From Rhodanobacter sp. (GTDB lineage Bacteria > Pseudomonadota > Gammaproteobacteria > Xanthomonadales > Rhodanobacteraceae), in NCBI GenBank assembly GCA_022730075.1, contig DZBX01000014.1, positions 8,417-32,416 on the forward strand: a DNA stretch of 24,000 nt, read 5' to 3'. Shown here one piece after another: positions 8,360 through 16,433 of this stretch. The notes beneath the pieces are model-generated. The model made no database searches, was not told where the DNA came from, and was given only the letters and a program-made list of their open reading frames with translations. Both the position numbers and the translations under genes were made by a program. How positions within the stretch are numbered: position 1 is the first letter of the stretch; each line of letters begins with the position of its first letter.

Positions 8360-9415
8360 ATGAAAAGAAAGAGCCTTTACGCTCTGATCGCGCTGATCGT
8401 GGCGGGCAGTGGCATCGGTACCGCGCAGGCAGTGGATTATGGCAACTGGTACATCGCGCCGCGGCTTGGCGTGCTGGTGCCCGATTCCAAGCGTGATACC
8501 CAGAATTCGATTCTGGCCGGGCTGGGTGTCGGCTTCTGGGTCAACCCCAAGTTCGCGGTTGATTTCGAGTACACCATCAACGACGCGGACTACAAGAGCA
8601 GTTCGCCTTATGCCACACGTCAGTGGCAGACGCAGAGTGTGGGTGTGACGGGTCGCTATTTCTTGGGCGATGAGCAGGGTTACTCGGGCTGGCGTCCGTA
8701 TGTCGCGGGTGGCCTGGATTTTGTCGGGCATGATGCGTTCATGTCGCGCAATGGCTGGGGTCCCGGCTTCCTCGTTGGTGGCGGCGTACAGCGCGCACTG
8801 ACCGATCGCGTCGCCTTGCGCGGTGAAATCGACTACCGCTGGAACCGCGATACCGTCTCCCTTCCGACCACGAGCAGCTATGGTGACTGGGCCGCGACAC
8901 TGGGTCTGGTGATTTCGATGGCGCCGCCACCGCCGCCACCGCCGCCGCCGCCGCCGGCAGCTGCCCCGCCGCCGCCACCCCCGCCGCCGCCGCCGCCGCC
9001 GGAACCGGCTGCGCACAAGGTGGTCATCGAGTTGCGTGGTGTCAACTTCCAATTCGATCGTCCGCGCCCTGGCCAGACCGATATCAACGGTATTCTTGAC
9101 AAGCCCATCGCCGACTCCGTGGCCATTCTCGATCAGGCCGCGGATACGCTGAAGCGCTATCCGAACGTGGAAATCAAGATCGATGGTTACACCGATTCGA
9201 TCGGCAGCCAGGCCTATAACCTGAAGTTGTCCGACCGTCGCGCCGAGTTCGTCAAGCATTACCTGATCGCGCATGGCGTGGCCGAATCGCAGATCATCGG
9301 CGCCAAGGGTTATGGCAAGCTTGATCCGGTTGCGAGTAACGCTACGGCCGAAGGCCGCTCGCGCAATCGTCGTGTCGAGTTCAAGGTCGAGAACCCGGGG
9401 CAGATGGGGCAGTAA
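8360..9415 (+). CDS. OmpA-family outer-membrane protein (N-terminal beta-barrel, poly-Pro linker, C-terminal OmpA peptidoglycan-binding domain)
   Basis: Signal peptide MKRKSLYALIALIVAGSGIGTAQA. The N-terminal half has an alternating aromatic/Gly beta-barrel pattern. The linker reads P11-AAA-P12-EP. The OmpA_C motifs are FDRPRP...DGYTDSIGSQAYNLKLSDRRAEFVKHYL...NRRVEF. RBS AGGAGA lies at 8349-8354. Confidence 0.85.
   Translation: MKRKSLYALIALIVAGSGIGTAQAVDYGNWYIAPRLGVLVPDSKRDTQNSILAGLGVGFWVNPKFAVDFEYTINDADYKSSSPYATRQWQTQSVGVTGRYFLGDEQGYSGWRPYVAGGLDFVGHDAFMSRNGWGPGFLVGGGVQRALTDRVALRGEIDYRWNRDTVSLPTTSSYGDWAATLGLVISMAPPPPPPPPPPPAAAPPPPPPPPPPPPEPAAHKVVIELRGVNFQFDRPRPGQTDINGILDKPIADSVAILDQAADTLKRYPNVEIKIDGYTDSIGSQAYNLKLSDRRAEFVKHYLIAHGVAESQIIGAKGYGKLDPVASNATAEGRSRNRRVEFKVENPGQMGQ
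8924..9007 (+). repeat. Near-pure CCG/CCA trinucleotide tract encoding the poly-proline linker
   Basis: There are 11 Pro codons (8924-8956), then GCA GCT GCC, then 12 Pro codons (8966-9001), then GAA CCG. All were read directly from the sequence in the ompA-family frame. Confidence 0.9.
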
Positions 9416-9436
9416 TTCAATTCCCCTGCGCAACAC

Positions 9437-9466
9437 GCAAAAGCCCGGCGCGAGCCGGGCTTTTGC
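9437..9466 (+). terminator. Rho-independent terminator downstream of the OmpA-family gene (A-tract/T-tract flanked, potentially bidirectional)
   Basis: The sequence is CAAAAGCCCGGC-GCGA-GCCGGGCTTTTGC. It forms an 8-bp GC-rich stem (9442-9449 / 9454-9461) with a 4-nt loop and a T-run, 22 nt after the stop codon. Confidence 0.8.
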
Positions 9467-9725
9467 ATTTACGTGTAGCACAATCTCATCTGTGCTTGTG
9501 AAAGCGGTAGTGCGCGATCAGCCATTGCCTGCCATGGTCATAGGCGAAAAGTTCGGCACAAGCCATCCAAAACAAGCGCCAGCGTTGCCATCATAGGCGC
9601 GCAGCATCCTGGTTGCGCAACCATGCGTTGGCGGTGTGCGCTGGGTGCGTTCCGGCCAGCAAGTGAAGACTCGGCGAGATGGCATCATGCGCGAATTCGA
9701 GTACCTCGGTGCTAGGCTCTGAAGC

Positions 9726-10640
9726 ATGTCTGACAATGTCCGTTTGCGTGGCGGCAGGCACGTCATCCCGCCCTCACAAAATGTAGCCGCATGTGCCGTC
9801 GCTGTTCCGCGCCGCGGACTGGCGCGCGAGATCTCGCGGCGCGGTCTGTGTTCGCGCAGCCAGGCCACCGCGGCCATACGCGCCGGCCGGGTATGCGTCG
9901 ATGGCCGCCGCATCCGTGATCCAGAGCAGCCCTGTGACCGCCATGCGCGCATCAAGCTGGATGGTCAATCCGTGTTGTCGAGCGAGCGTGTTTATCTGGC
10001 ACTGAACAAGCCGCGGGGCTTGTTGACCACGGCGCGGGATGAGCACGGCCGCGATACTGTCTACGCACTGCTTGCCGATGCCGGTTTGCCATGGCTGGCG
10101 CCGGTAGGGCGCCTGGACAAGGCCAGCGAGGGATTGTTGTTGCTGACCAACGACAGTGCCTGGGCTGCGGCGCTGATCGACCCGGCGCGGCATGTGCCAA
10201 AAATCTATCGAGTCCAGGTTCGCGGCGTCCCGGATGCGACCGCGCTGGCGCGCATGCGCATCGGAATCAGCGATAACGGAGAGCATTTGGCCATGCGCGA
10301 GGTCGTGCTACTGCAAAGTGGCGGTCGCACGGCGTGGCTGGAATGTGTGCTTGACGAGGGACGCAATCGTCATCTGCGACGATTGCTTGCGGCGCTGGGT
10401 TTCGATGTGTTGCGTCTGCTGCGTGTGGCGATCGGTCCGCAGTTGCTGGGTGATCTGCCGCGCGGCGCCTGGCGCAAGCTGGATAGCGGCGAAGTGACCG
10501 CACTGGCTGCCGCTGCGGGGTTTACAGCCAGCCGAGCGCGCGCAGTGTCATCAGCGTCAGCAGGCCGAAGATTCCCAGCAGCAGCAGTGCCCGCACGCGC
10601 CCGGTCCAGCGCCCGCTCCGGCGTGTCGGGCGCGCGTTGA
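9726..10640 (+). CDS. RNA pseudouridine synthase, RsuA/RluB/RluF family (S4 domain plus catalytic domain)
   Basis: An S4-like N-terminus (SRSQATAAIRAGRVCVDGRRI) is followed by the catalytic-Asp motif VGRLDKASEGLLLLTNDSAWA and KIYRVQVRG. The Arg-rich C-terminal tail is typical of RluB-like proteins. The last 119 nt overlap the convergent gene at 10522-10905. Confidence 0.8.
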   Translation: MSDNVRLRGGRHVIPPSQNVAACAVAVPRRGLAREISRRGLCSRSQATAAIRAGRVCVDGRRIRDPEQPCDRHARIKLDGQSVLSSERVYLALNKPRGLLTTARDEHGRDTVYALLADAGLPWLAPVGRLDKASEGLLLLTNDSAWAAALIDPARHVPKIYRVQVRGVPDATALARMRIGISDNGEHLAMREVVLLQSGGRTAWLECVLDEGRNRHLRRLLAALGFDVLRLLRVAIGPQLLGDLPRGAWRKLDSGEVTALAAAAGFTASRARAVSSASAGRRFPAAAVPARARSSARSGVSGAR

Positions 10641-10905
10641 ATTCGAGATTTGCCGAGAATCGCTCGGCAGACGTCGCGATGCCCATGCCGAGCAACAATT
10701 CACGAGCGCGTGACAGATCATCGGCGTTGGATACCCAGACCTTGGGCCAGGATTGGACATCGTTGTCGCGAAAACTGGGCCGGTTGTAACTGGCGCGCTG
10801 GTACACGGGGCGATCGGTCACGCGCGTCTCGATGCCATGCTCGTTCAGCAAGGCCACCATGCGCTCGATGTTTTCCAGCCGCGGCGAGGTATAAATCTGG
10901 CGCAT
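10522..10905 (-). CDS. Small membrane-anchored protein of unknown function (N-terminal domain possibly DUF2007-like, C-terminal TM helix)
   Basis: 127 aa (MRQIYTSPRLENIERMVALLNEHGIETRVTD...) with a C-terminal TM helix VRALLLLGIFGLLTLMTLRALGWL. The start is 6 nt downstream of the tesB stop, so the gene is probably co-transcribed. The family call comes from memory of the motif pattern only. Confidence 0.5.
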   Translation of the reverse strand: MRQIYTSPRLENIERMVALLNEHGIETRVTDRPVYQRASYNRPSFRDNDVQSWPKVWVSNADDLSRARELLLGMGIATSAERFSANLEFNARPTRRSGRWTGRVRALLLLGIFGLLTLMTLRALGWL

Positions 10906-10911
10906 GCTCGC

Positions 10912-11826
10912 TCAGCCTGGCCGGTGGATGCGCAGAAGGCCTTCCTGCGCGGTCGATGCGACCAGCCTGCCGTCCTGCGCGAAGATCATGCCGCGCGCCA
11001 GTCCGCGCGCGCCTTGCGCGCTGGGGCTGTCGCAGCTGTACAACAGCCATTCGTCGACCCGGAATGATCGGTGAAACCACAGCGCGTGGTCCAGGCTGGC
11101 CATCTGCACATCGTGGCTGAGATAGGAAATGCCGTGCGGCAGCGTGGCCGTGCCGATCAGGTGGAAATCGGAGGCATAAGCCAGCATCGCGCGTTGCAAT
11201 CGAGCGTCGTCCGGAGCCTTGCCACCAAGTCGAAACCATACTTGCTGATACGGCGGGCGCTTGCTGGGATGCAGTTCGTCGCGCGGGTACACCGGGCGAA
11301 ACTCGAACGGACCGCGCCGTGTCAGCCAGCGCTGCAGTTTCTCCGGCAATTGCGCCAGTTCCTCGGGCGAAATGGTCGCTGCCGGCTCCAGGTCATCGGG
11401 ACCTGGTACCTCGGGCATGGACAGCTGATGCTCGAAGCCCGGCTCGTCGATCTGGAACGAAATCGAGCCGTTGAGGATCGGTTGCCCGTGCTGGATGGCG
11501 AGTACGCGGCGTGAAGAGAAGCTGTGCCCATCGCGCAGGCGCTCGACCTGGTACACGATGGGTGCGCCGATATCTCCGGCGCGCAGAAAATAACCGTGCA
11601 GCGAATGCGCGATGCGCGTGTCATCCACCGTTTGTTGCGCGGCGGCCAGCGCTTGGCCGAGGACCTGGCCGCCGAATACGTAACGCGTACCGATGTCGCG
11701 GCTCTGGCCACGGAACAGGTTGTCTTCCAGGCGCTCGAGGCTGAGCAGCGTGGTCAGTTCATCGGCCAGGGCCTGGGACATGGCGTGCTGCGCGAGTTGC
11801 GGGGGCGCAAGTATAGCGTTGCTCAT
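10912..11826 (-). CDS. tesB: Acyl-CoA thioesterase II
   Basis: Typical TesB sequence: LLSLERLEDNLFRGQSRDIGTRYVFGGQVLGQALAAA...HSLHGYFLRAGD...PIVYQVERLRDGHSFSSRRV. Start is set at the Met at 11826, whose ATG overlaps the HIT gene stop (ATGA on the minus strand). The protein is 304 aa. The track start at 12024 lies inside the HIT gene. Confidence 0.85.
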   Translation of the reverse strand: MSNAILAPPQLAQHAMSQALADELTTLLSLERLEDNLFRGQSRDIGTRYVFGGQVLGQALAAAQQTVDDTRIAHSLHGYFLRAGDIGAPIVYQVERLRDGHSFSSRRVLAIQHGQPILNGSISFQIDEPGFEHQLSMPEVPGPDDLEPAATISPEELAQLPEKLQRWLTRRGPFEFRPVYPRDELHPSKRPPYQQVWFRLGGKAPDDARLQRAMLAYASDFHLIGTATLPHGISYLSHDVQMASLDHALWFHRSFRVDEWLLYSCDSPSAQGARGLARGMIFAQDGRLVASTAQEGLLRIHRPG

Positions 11827-12254
11827 TCCGTGGGCGTGACCAGTCGCAGACGCAGCGCCGCGCACAATGCCCGACCCGCGGTCGGTGCGTAGGGCATGCG
11901 CGTGCCGTGGCCCCAGACCGGGTTCGGCCATGCCGCGTCGTCGCCGCGACGTCCCACTAGATGGATGTGCAGTTGGCGCACGATGTTGCCGAGTGCGCCC
12001 ACATTGAGTCTGTCGCATGGGCACTGCGCGCGCAGTACGCGTGCCGCGCGATCCAGTTCAGCCATCAGCTGCACGCGCGCGCCTGCATCGAGATCGAAGA
12101 TGTCCTCGAGCGCGGGCCGGCGCGGAACAAGCACCAGCCAACCAAAACGGCTGTCGTCCATCAGGCGCACCTCGCACAGCGCGAGCTGCGCCACGGGCAG
12201 GGTATCGGCCGCGAGCCGCGCATCGAGCGTGTATGCAGTGGCCGCGTGCGTCAT
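11823..12254 (-). CDS. HIT-family nucleotide hydrolase/transferase
   Basis: 143 aa with the histidine-triad motif in NIVRQLHIHLVGR. Fits the Hint/diadenosine polyphosphate hydrolase-like family. The gene lies 21 nt downstream of the dienelactone hydrolase gene. Confidence 0.8.
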   Translation of the reverse strand: MTHAATAYTLDARLAADTLPVAQLALCEVRLMDDSRFGWLVLVPRRPALEDIFDLDAGARVQLMAELDRAARVLRAQCPCDRLNVGALGNIVRQLHIHLVGRRGDDAAWPNPVWGHGTRMPYAPTAGRALCAALRLRLVTPTE

Positions 12255-12275
12255 CGTGACGGGTACCAGTCGTGC

Positions 12276-12941
12276 TCAGTTGCCCAGATGCCTGTCGAAA
12301 AACGCCAAGGTGCGCGTGCGTGCCAACTTTGCCGCAGCAGCGTCGTAGCTGGCACGCACATCGCAGTTGAAACCATGATCGGCGTCGTAGACATGGAACT
12401 CGGCGGTCGGGTTGGCAGCGCGTACTTTTTCGCGGTCCGCAGCAGTGATGTGGGCGTCTTTGACGCCGTAGTGGAACAGAAGCGGCGCCGTGGCCTGCAT
12501 GTCGACCAGTTGCGTATTGCGCCCGCCGTAGTAACTCACCGCCGGCATGCCCAGCTTGATCGCAGCCATATAGGCGATGCTGCCGCCCCAGCAGAATCCG
12601 ACCACGCCGATCTTGCCGGCGCTCTTGATTGCCTCGGCGGCGCTGGCGACATCTTCCAGTGGTCGTTCGAAGCCGAGTTCACTGATCAGCGCGAAGCCCT
12701 TTTTCATGCCGGCTTCGTCGTAGCCCAATTCGACACCGGTTTCGAGATGGTCGAACACGGCCGGCGCGATCGCCAGATAGCCCTCGGCCGCGAAATCATC
12801 GACCACGCTGCGGATGTGCGAATTGACGCCGAATATCTCCTGCACCACGACCACGCCGCCTTTCGCCTTGCCCGCTGGCTTGGCCAAGTAGGCGCTGATG
12901 CACTGCGTGCCGGTACTGCCGATGTTGATGAACTCGCCCAT
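12276..12941 (-). CDS. Dienelactone hydrolase family protein (carboxymethylenebutenolidase-like)
   Basis: 221 aa counted from MGEFINIG (cat at 12939-12941). The motifs are VVVVQEIFGVNSHIR, the nucleophile motif GFCWGG and the C-terminal HGF histidine. The track start at 13016 adds a 25-aa Arg-rich extension. Confidence 0.85.
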   Translation of the reverse strand: MGEFINIGSTGTQCISAYLAKPAGKAKGGVVVVQEIFGVNSHIRSVVDDFAAEGYLAIAPAVFDHLETGVELGYDEAGMKKGFALISELGFERPLEDVASAAEAIKSAGKIGVVGFCWGGSIAYMAAIKLGMPAVSYYGGRNTQLVDMQATAPLLFHYGVKDAHITAADREKVRAANPTAEFHVYDADHGFNCDVRASYDAAAAKLARTRTLAFFDRHLGN

Positions 12942-13063
12942 GGGCCGCTTCTGAGTTGATCGAGGTGCAAGCCTATTGCTTCGCCCCGCCAAGTCAACGC
13001 CAAATTCGCGGCGCATGTGCCCATTGACCTTACAATTGTGCTTTACGTCTCTGTGCTCACTCC

Positions 13064-14389
13064 ATGTCGCGTTCCGAACCCGCCATTGGCTTCGTCAGTC
13101 TCGGTTGCCCCAAGGCGCTGGTCGATTCCGAGCGCATCCTCACGCAGCTGAAAGTGGAGGGCTATCGCATCGTGCCCAGCTATGCGCAGGCCGATGCCGT
13201 CGTGGTGAACACCTGTGGCTTCATTGACAGCGCGGTGCAGGAATCGCTGGATGCCATCGGCGAGGCCCTGCATGAAAATGGCAAGGTCATCGTTACCGGC
13301 TGCCTGGGCAAGCGCGGCGAGCTGATCCGCGAGGCCTATCCCGAAGTACTGGCGATCAGCGGGCCGCAGGACTACGTCAGCGTCATGCAGGCCGTGCATC
13401 GAGCGCTGCCGCCGCGACGCAACCCGCTGCTGGACATCATCCCGGATACGGGCGTCAAGCTCACGCCGAAGCACTACGCCTACCTGAAGATTTCCGAAGG
13501 CTGCAATCACCGCTGCAGTTTCTGCATCATTCCATCGATGCGCGGCGATCTCGTCAGTCGGCCGGTGGATGAGGTACTGATCGAGGCGGAAAAACTGGTT
13601 GGCGGCGGTGTGCGTGAGCTGCTGGTGATCAGCCAGGACACCAGCGCCTATGGCGTGGACATGAAATACGCCGCGCGCACATGGCGCGGGCGCGGCTACC
13701 GCACACGCATGACCGAATTGTGCGACGGCTTGGCCGAGCTCGGTGCGTGGGTACGGTTGCATTACGTTTACCCGTATCCGCACGTGGACGAACTGATGCC
13801 GATGATGGCTGCGGGACGCCTGCTGCCTTACCTCGACATTCCTTTCCAGCACGCCAGTCCGCGCATCCTCAAGCTGATGAAACGGCCCGGCAACATCGAC
13901 AAAACACTGGAGCGCATCGGCAACTGGCGCAAGCTGGTGCCTGGACTGACGCTGCGCAGCACCTTCATCGTCGGTTTCCCGGGTGAGACCGACGCCGAGT
14001 TCGAGGCCTTGCTGGATTTCCTGCGCGCGGCCCAACTTGACCGTGTCGGCGCCTTCGCCTACTCGCCGGTCGATGGCGCCCACGCCAATGATTTGCCTGA
14101 TCCGGTTCCGGAAGAGCTCAAGGAAGACCGGCTCGAGCAATTCATGACGGTACAAGCCGGGATTAGTGCCACCAGGCTGCAGCGCAAGATCGGCCAGCGT
14201 CTGCGCGTGCTGGTCGACCACGTCGATGCCGAGGGCGCCGTCGCACGCTCCACCGCTGATGCGCCCGAGATCGACGGCGTGGTGCGCATCCGGGATGGCG
14301 TGCACCTTCAGCCTGGCGTCTTCACCGAGGTGATCGTCGATGGCGCGGATGCGCATGACCTGACAGCACGCTGCGGCGCCGCGAGCTGA
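13064..14389 (+). CDS. rimO: Ribosomal protein S12 (Asp88) methylthiotransferase
   Basis: Carries the UPF0004 N-terminal Cys motifs ([23 protein letters not shown]), the radical-SAM CxxxCxxC ([13 protein letters not shown]) and a C-terminal TRAM domain. The protein is 441 aa. Confidence 0.92.
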   Translation: MSRSEPAIGFVSLGCPKALVDSERILTQLKVEGYRIVPSYAQADAVVVNTCGFIDSAVQESLDAIGEALHENGKVIVTGCLGKRGELIREAYPEVLAISGPQDYVSVMQAVHRALPPRRNPLLDIIPDTGVKLTPKHYAYLKISEGCNHRCSFCIIPSMRGDLVSRPVDEVLIEAEKLVGGGVRELLVISQDTSAYGVDMKYAARTWRGRGYRTRMTELCDGLAELGAWVRLHYVYPYPHVDELMPMMAAGRLLPYLDIPFQHASPRILKLMKRPGNIDKTLERIGNWRKLVPGLTLRSTFIVGFPGETDAEFEALLDFLRAAQLDRVGAFAYSPVDGAHANDLPDPVPEELKEDRLEQFMTVQAGISATRLQRKIGQRLRVLVDHVDAEGAVARSTADAPEIDGVVRIRDGVHLQPGVFTEVIVDGADAHDLTARCGAAS

Positions 14390-14523
14390 ACTACAACATC
14401 CACTGCCGCAGTTCATTCACGTCATCCTGTCGCGCAGCGCTGCGGCCATCGCGCCTGCTGCAAAGTTCCCAAGCGGCATATCCAGCGCATGCTGAATGGC
14501 TGATCAGCATGTCGCGCCAAAGT

Positions 14524-14544
14524 AACATTACGAATTGTAATGTT
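14524..14544. promoter_or_regulatory. AT-rich perfect inverted repeat (candidate operator) upstream of the sigma-54 activator gene
   Basis: The sequence is AACATTAC-GAATT-GTAATGTT, with 8-bp perfect arms and a 5-nt spacer. It lies about 80 nt upstream of the ATG at 14626 in an otherwise GC-rich region. A second hairpin (CATGCTGA-N8-TCAGCATG) lies just upstream at 14488-14511. Confidence 0.35.
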
Positions 14545-14625
14545 CATGGTTCAGGATTAAGGTTGTTGCCCGCACGCAGCGTGGATGGGCACGCTGCCGG
14601 GCTCGGGACGATGGGGAGACTTACC

Positions 14626-15993
14626 ATGGCTTCAGTGCATCCTCCGGTCGCACGCGATTTCGTGCATTACGGCGCTTTCGCGCCATCAGTGGATAAGGCC
14701 TTGCGCGATGCCGGCTGGAGGCGCGTCGAGGTCGAACAGCTCGAACACGTGCCCGAGGCTCTGCAGCGCCATGATGCCCATGTGGCGCTGCTTGATCTTG
14801 GTGCCGGGCAGGCGCCGATGCTGCGTCGGGTTGAGCGCTTGATTGCCTCGCATCCCGCCACCGAGTGGCTGGCTCATGTCAGCGAGCATGCACTGACCGA
14901 CAAGCACGTATGCGAAGTCATCTATGGCAGCTTTTTCGATTTCTGCACGCAACCGGTGGACATCAATCGGCTACTGGCTGCGCTAGGGCACGCCTGGGGC
15001 ATGGCCAAGCTGGGGCCGCAAGCCGCCAATGCCGAGCAGCAGGCCGCGCTGGGGCTGGATGGCATGGTCGGGACCAGCGCTGCGCTGGTGGAAATGCACA
15101 ATCAAGTGCGCAAACTGGCGGCGGTCAACGTGCCAGTGCTCGTTACCGGCGAATCGGGCACAGGCAAGGAAGTCGCGGCGCGCAATCTGCATCGCCTCTC
15201 GGCGCGCACGCACGGCCCGTTTGTCGCAATCAACTGCGGCGCCCTGCCGGAAAAACTGGTGCAGTCGGAGCTGTTCGGGCATGAGCGTGGCGCCTTCACT
15301 GGCGCCAACGCGCGCAAGATCGGCAAGCTGGAGTCGGCCCAGCAGGGCACGGTATTCCTTGATGAAATCGGCGACCTGCCACTCGACGCGCAAGTCAATC
15401 TGCTGCGTTTCCTGCAGGAAGGCACCATCGAGCGTATCGGCGGCAATGAGCACCTGCGCCTGGATGTGCGCGTCATCGCCGCCACGCATGTCGATCTGGA
15501 GCGCGCCGTGGCCGAAGGCCAGTTTCGCGCCGATCTCTACTACCGACTCAACGTGTTGCGTCTGCGGATGCCGCCGCTGCGCGAGCGCGGACAGGACGCC
15601 GAAATGCTGGCGCGTTATTTCCTCGAGCGCTTCGCGCGCGAACATGGTGTGCGTGCGCGTGGTTACAGTCGCGAGGCGCTCGATGCCATCAGCCTGCATC
15701 CATGGCCAGGCAACGTCCGCGAGCTGATGAATCGCGTGCGCCGCGCGGCCGTGCTATGCGATGGCGGGCTGATCCACGCGCGGGATCTTGAGCTGGAAAG
15801 CGATCTTGCAGAAGGCCGCTGCGCGCCCTCACTGGATCATGCCCGTGAGCAGGCCGAACGCGAATTGATCTGGCAGACGTTGCGCGAGACGCGCCACAAC
15901 ATGAGCGAGTGCGCGCGACGCCTTGGTGTATCCCGCGTCACCCTGTATCGGCTGTGCAAGAAGCTGCAGGTATCCCTCGGCAGCGCTGTCTGA
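14626..15993 (+). CDS. Sigma-54-dependent transcriptional activator (bacterial enhancer-binding protein) with a degenerate receiver-like N-terminal domain
   Basis: The AAA+ sigma-54 interaction domain has Walker A GESGTGKE, Walker B VFLDEIGD and an intact GAFTGA loop (ERGAFTGA). The C-terminus carries a Fis-type HTH (MSECARRLGVSRVTLYRLCKKL). The N-terminal ~120 aa align like a REC domain but lack the N-terminal acidic pair and the conserved Lys (FCTQP instead of KP). Start is set at the ATG at 14626, preceded by GGGGAGA. The protein is 455 aa. Confidence 0.9.
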   Translation: MASVHPPVARDFVHYGAFAPSVDKALRDAGWRRVEVEQLEHVPEALQRHDAHVALLDLGAGQAPMLRRVERLIASHPATEWLAHVSEHALTDKHVCEVIYGSFFDFCTQPVDINRLLAALGHAWGMAKLGPQAANAEQQAALGLDGMVGTSAALVEMHNQVRKLAAVNVPVLVTGESGTGKEVAARNLHRLSARTHGPFVAINCGALPEKLVQSELFGHERGAFTGANARKIGKLESAQQGTVFLDEIGDLPLDAQVNLLRFLQEGTIERIGGNEHLRLDVRVIAATHVDLERAVAEGQFRADLYYRLNVLRLRMPPLRERGQDAEMLARYFLERFAREHGVRARGYSREALDAISLHPWPGNVRELMNRVRRAAVLCDGGLIHARDLELESDLAEGRCAPSLDHAREQAERELIWQTLRETRHNMSECARRLGVSRVTLYRLCKKLQVSLGSAV

Positions 15994-16220
15994 GAGCCGC
16001 AGATGCGCGTCCGGCAGCGCGCAACGCGCGCGGGTTCATGGCGCACTGACCACGCCGGCATCGCGACAAGCCCCACCGGTTGATTCCGCACGTTGCGCTG
16101 CGTTGCTCCGCGCGGCGGGGGCTGCTCGTGAAATCGCCGACCATCCATTTTTCCGAGTCCCGACGTTGCGCCAGCGCCAAATCAGGGCTTCGTGCTGGCG
16201 GCGGACACGTTGTAATGATG

Positions 16221-16320
16221 TCGTGATATGCCTGTTTCATGGCTGCTACAGCCCATTCGAGGACGCCCGCAAGCAATTAGGCCGTTCCCTTGCGATAGGC
16301 ATTCGGCAGGCGTATCACGA
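16221..16320. promoter_or_regulatory. Candidate upstream activator sequences: inverted pair of 12-mers
   Basis: TCGTGATATGCC (16221-16232) and GGCGTATCACGA (16309-16320) are reverse complements at 11 of 12 positions. Their centres lie about 165 and 77 bp upstream of the -24 element. A match of this quality in a 440-bp region is not far from chance expectation by rough estimate, so it is only a candidate. Confidence 0.3.
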
Positions 16321-16390
16321 TCGAGACACTGGCCACCGACTCCGCTAGAAAAACATGCGCAACTATATGATTTATTTGTTTTAAAGTTAT

Positions 16391-16406
16391 TGGCATCAAG
16401 TTTGCT
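16391..16406 (+). promoter_or_regulatory. Sigma-54 (-24/-12) promoter of the fap operon
   Basis: TGGCATCAAGTTTGCT compares well with the consensus TGGCACG-N4-TTGCW. GG (16392-16393) and GC (16404-16405) have the exact spacing. Only positions 6 and 7 deviate. The promoter is followed by RBS AAGGAGAG (16422-16429) and the GTG start at 16434. It sits in an AT-rich tract directly downstream of a sigma-54 activator gene. Confidence 0.75.
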
Positions 16407-16433
16407 TGAAGACATGGGCGCAAGGAGAGTGCC

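Noticed and set aside
9518-9955. 145-aa minus-strand ORF in the ompA-pseudouridine synthase gap, partly antisense to the synthase gene.
   Set aside because: The composition is Arg/Pro/Cys/Trp-rich and there is no RBS or motif. Half of it overlaps the well-supported synthase N-terminus. The region 9467-9725 is treated as non-coding.
14535-16244. AT-rich words TTGTAATG (14535-14542 and 16210-16217) and TTCATGG (14544-14550 and 16236-16242) shared between the activator upstream region and the fap upstream region. They might be common binding sites suggesting autoregulation.
   Set aside because: A rough estimate indicates that several shared 7-8-mers are expected by chance between two regions of a few hundred bp. 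The spacing between the two words also differs completely between the regions. The evidence is not strong enough to report as a finding.
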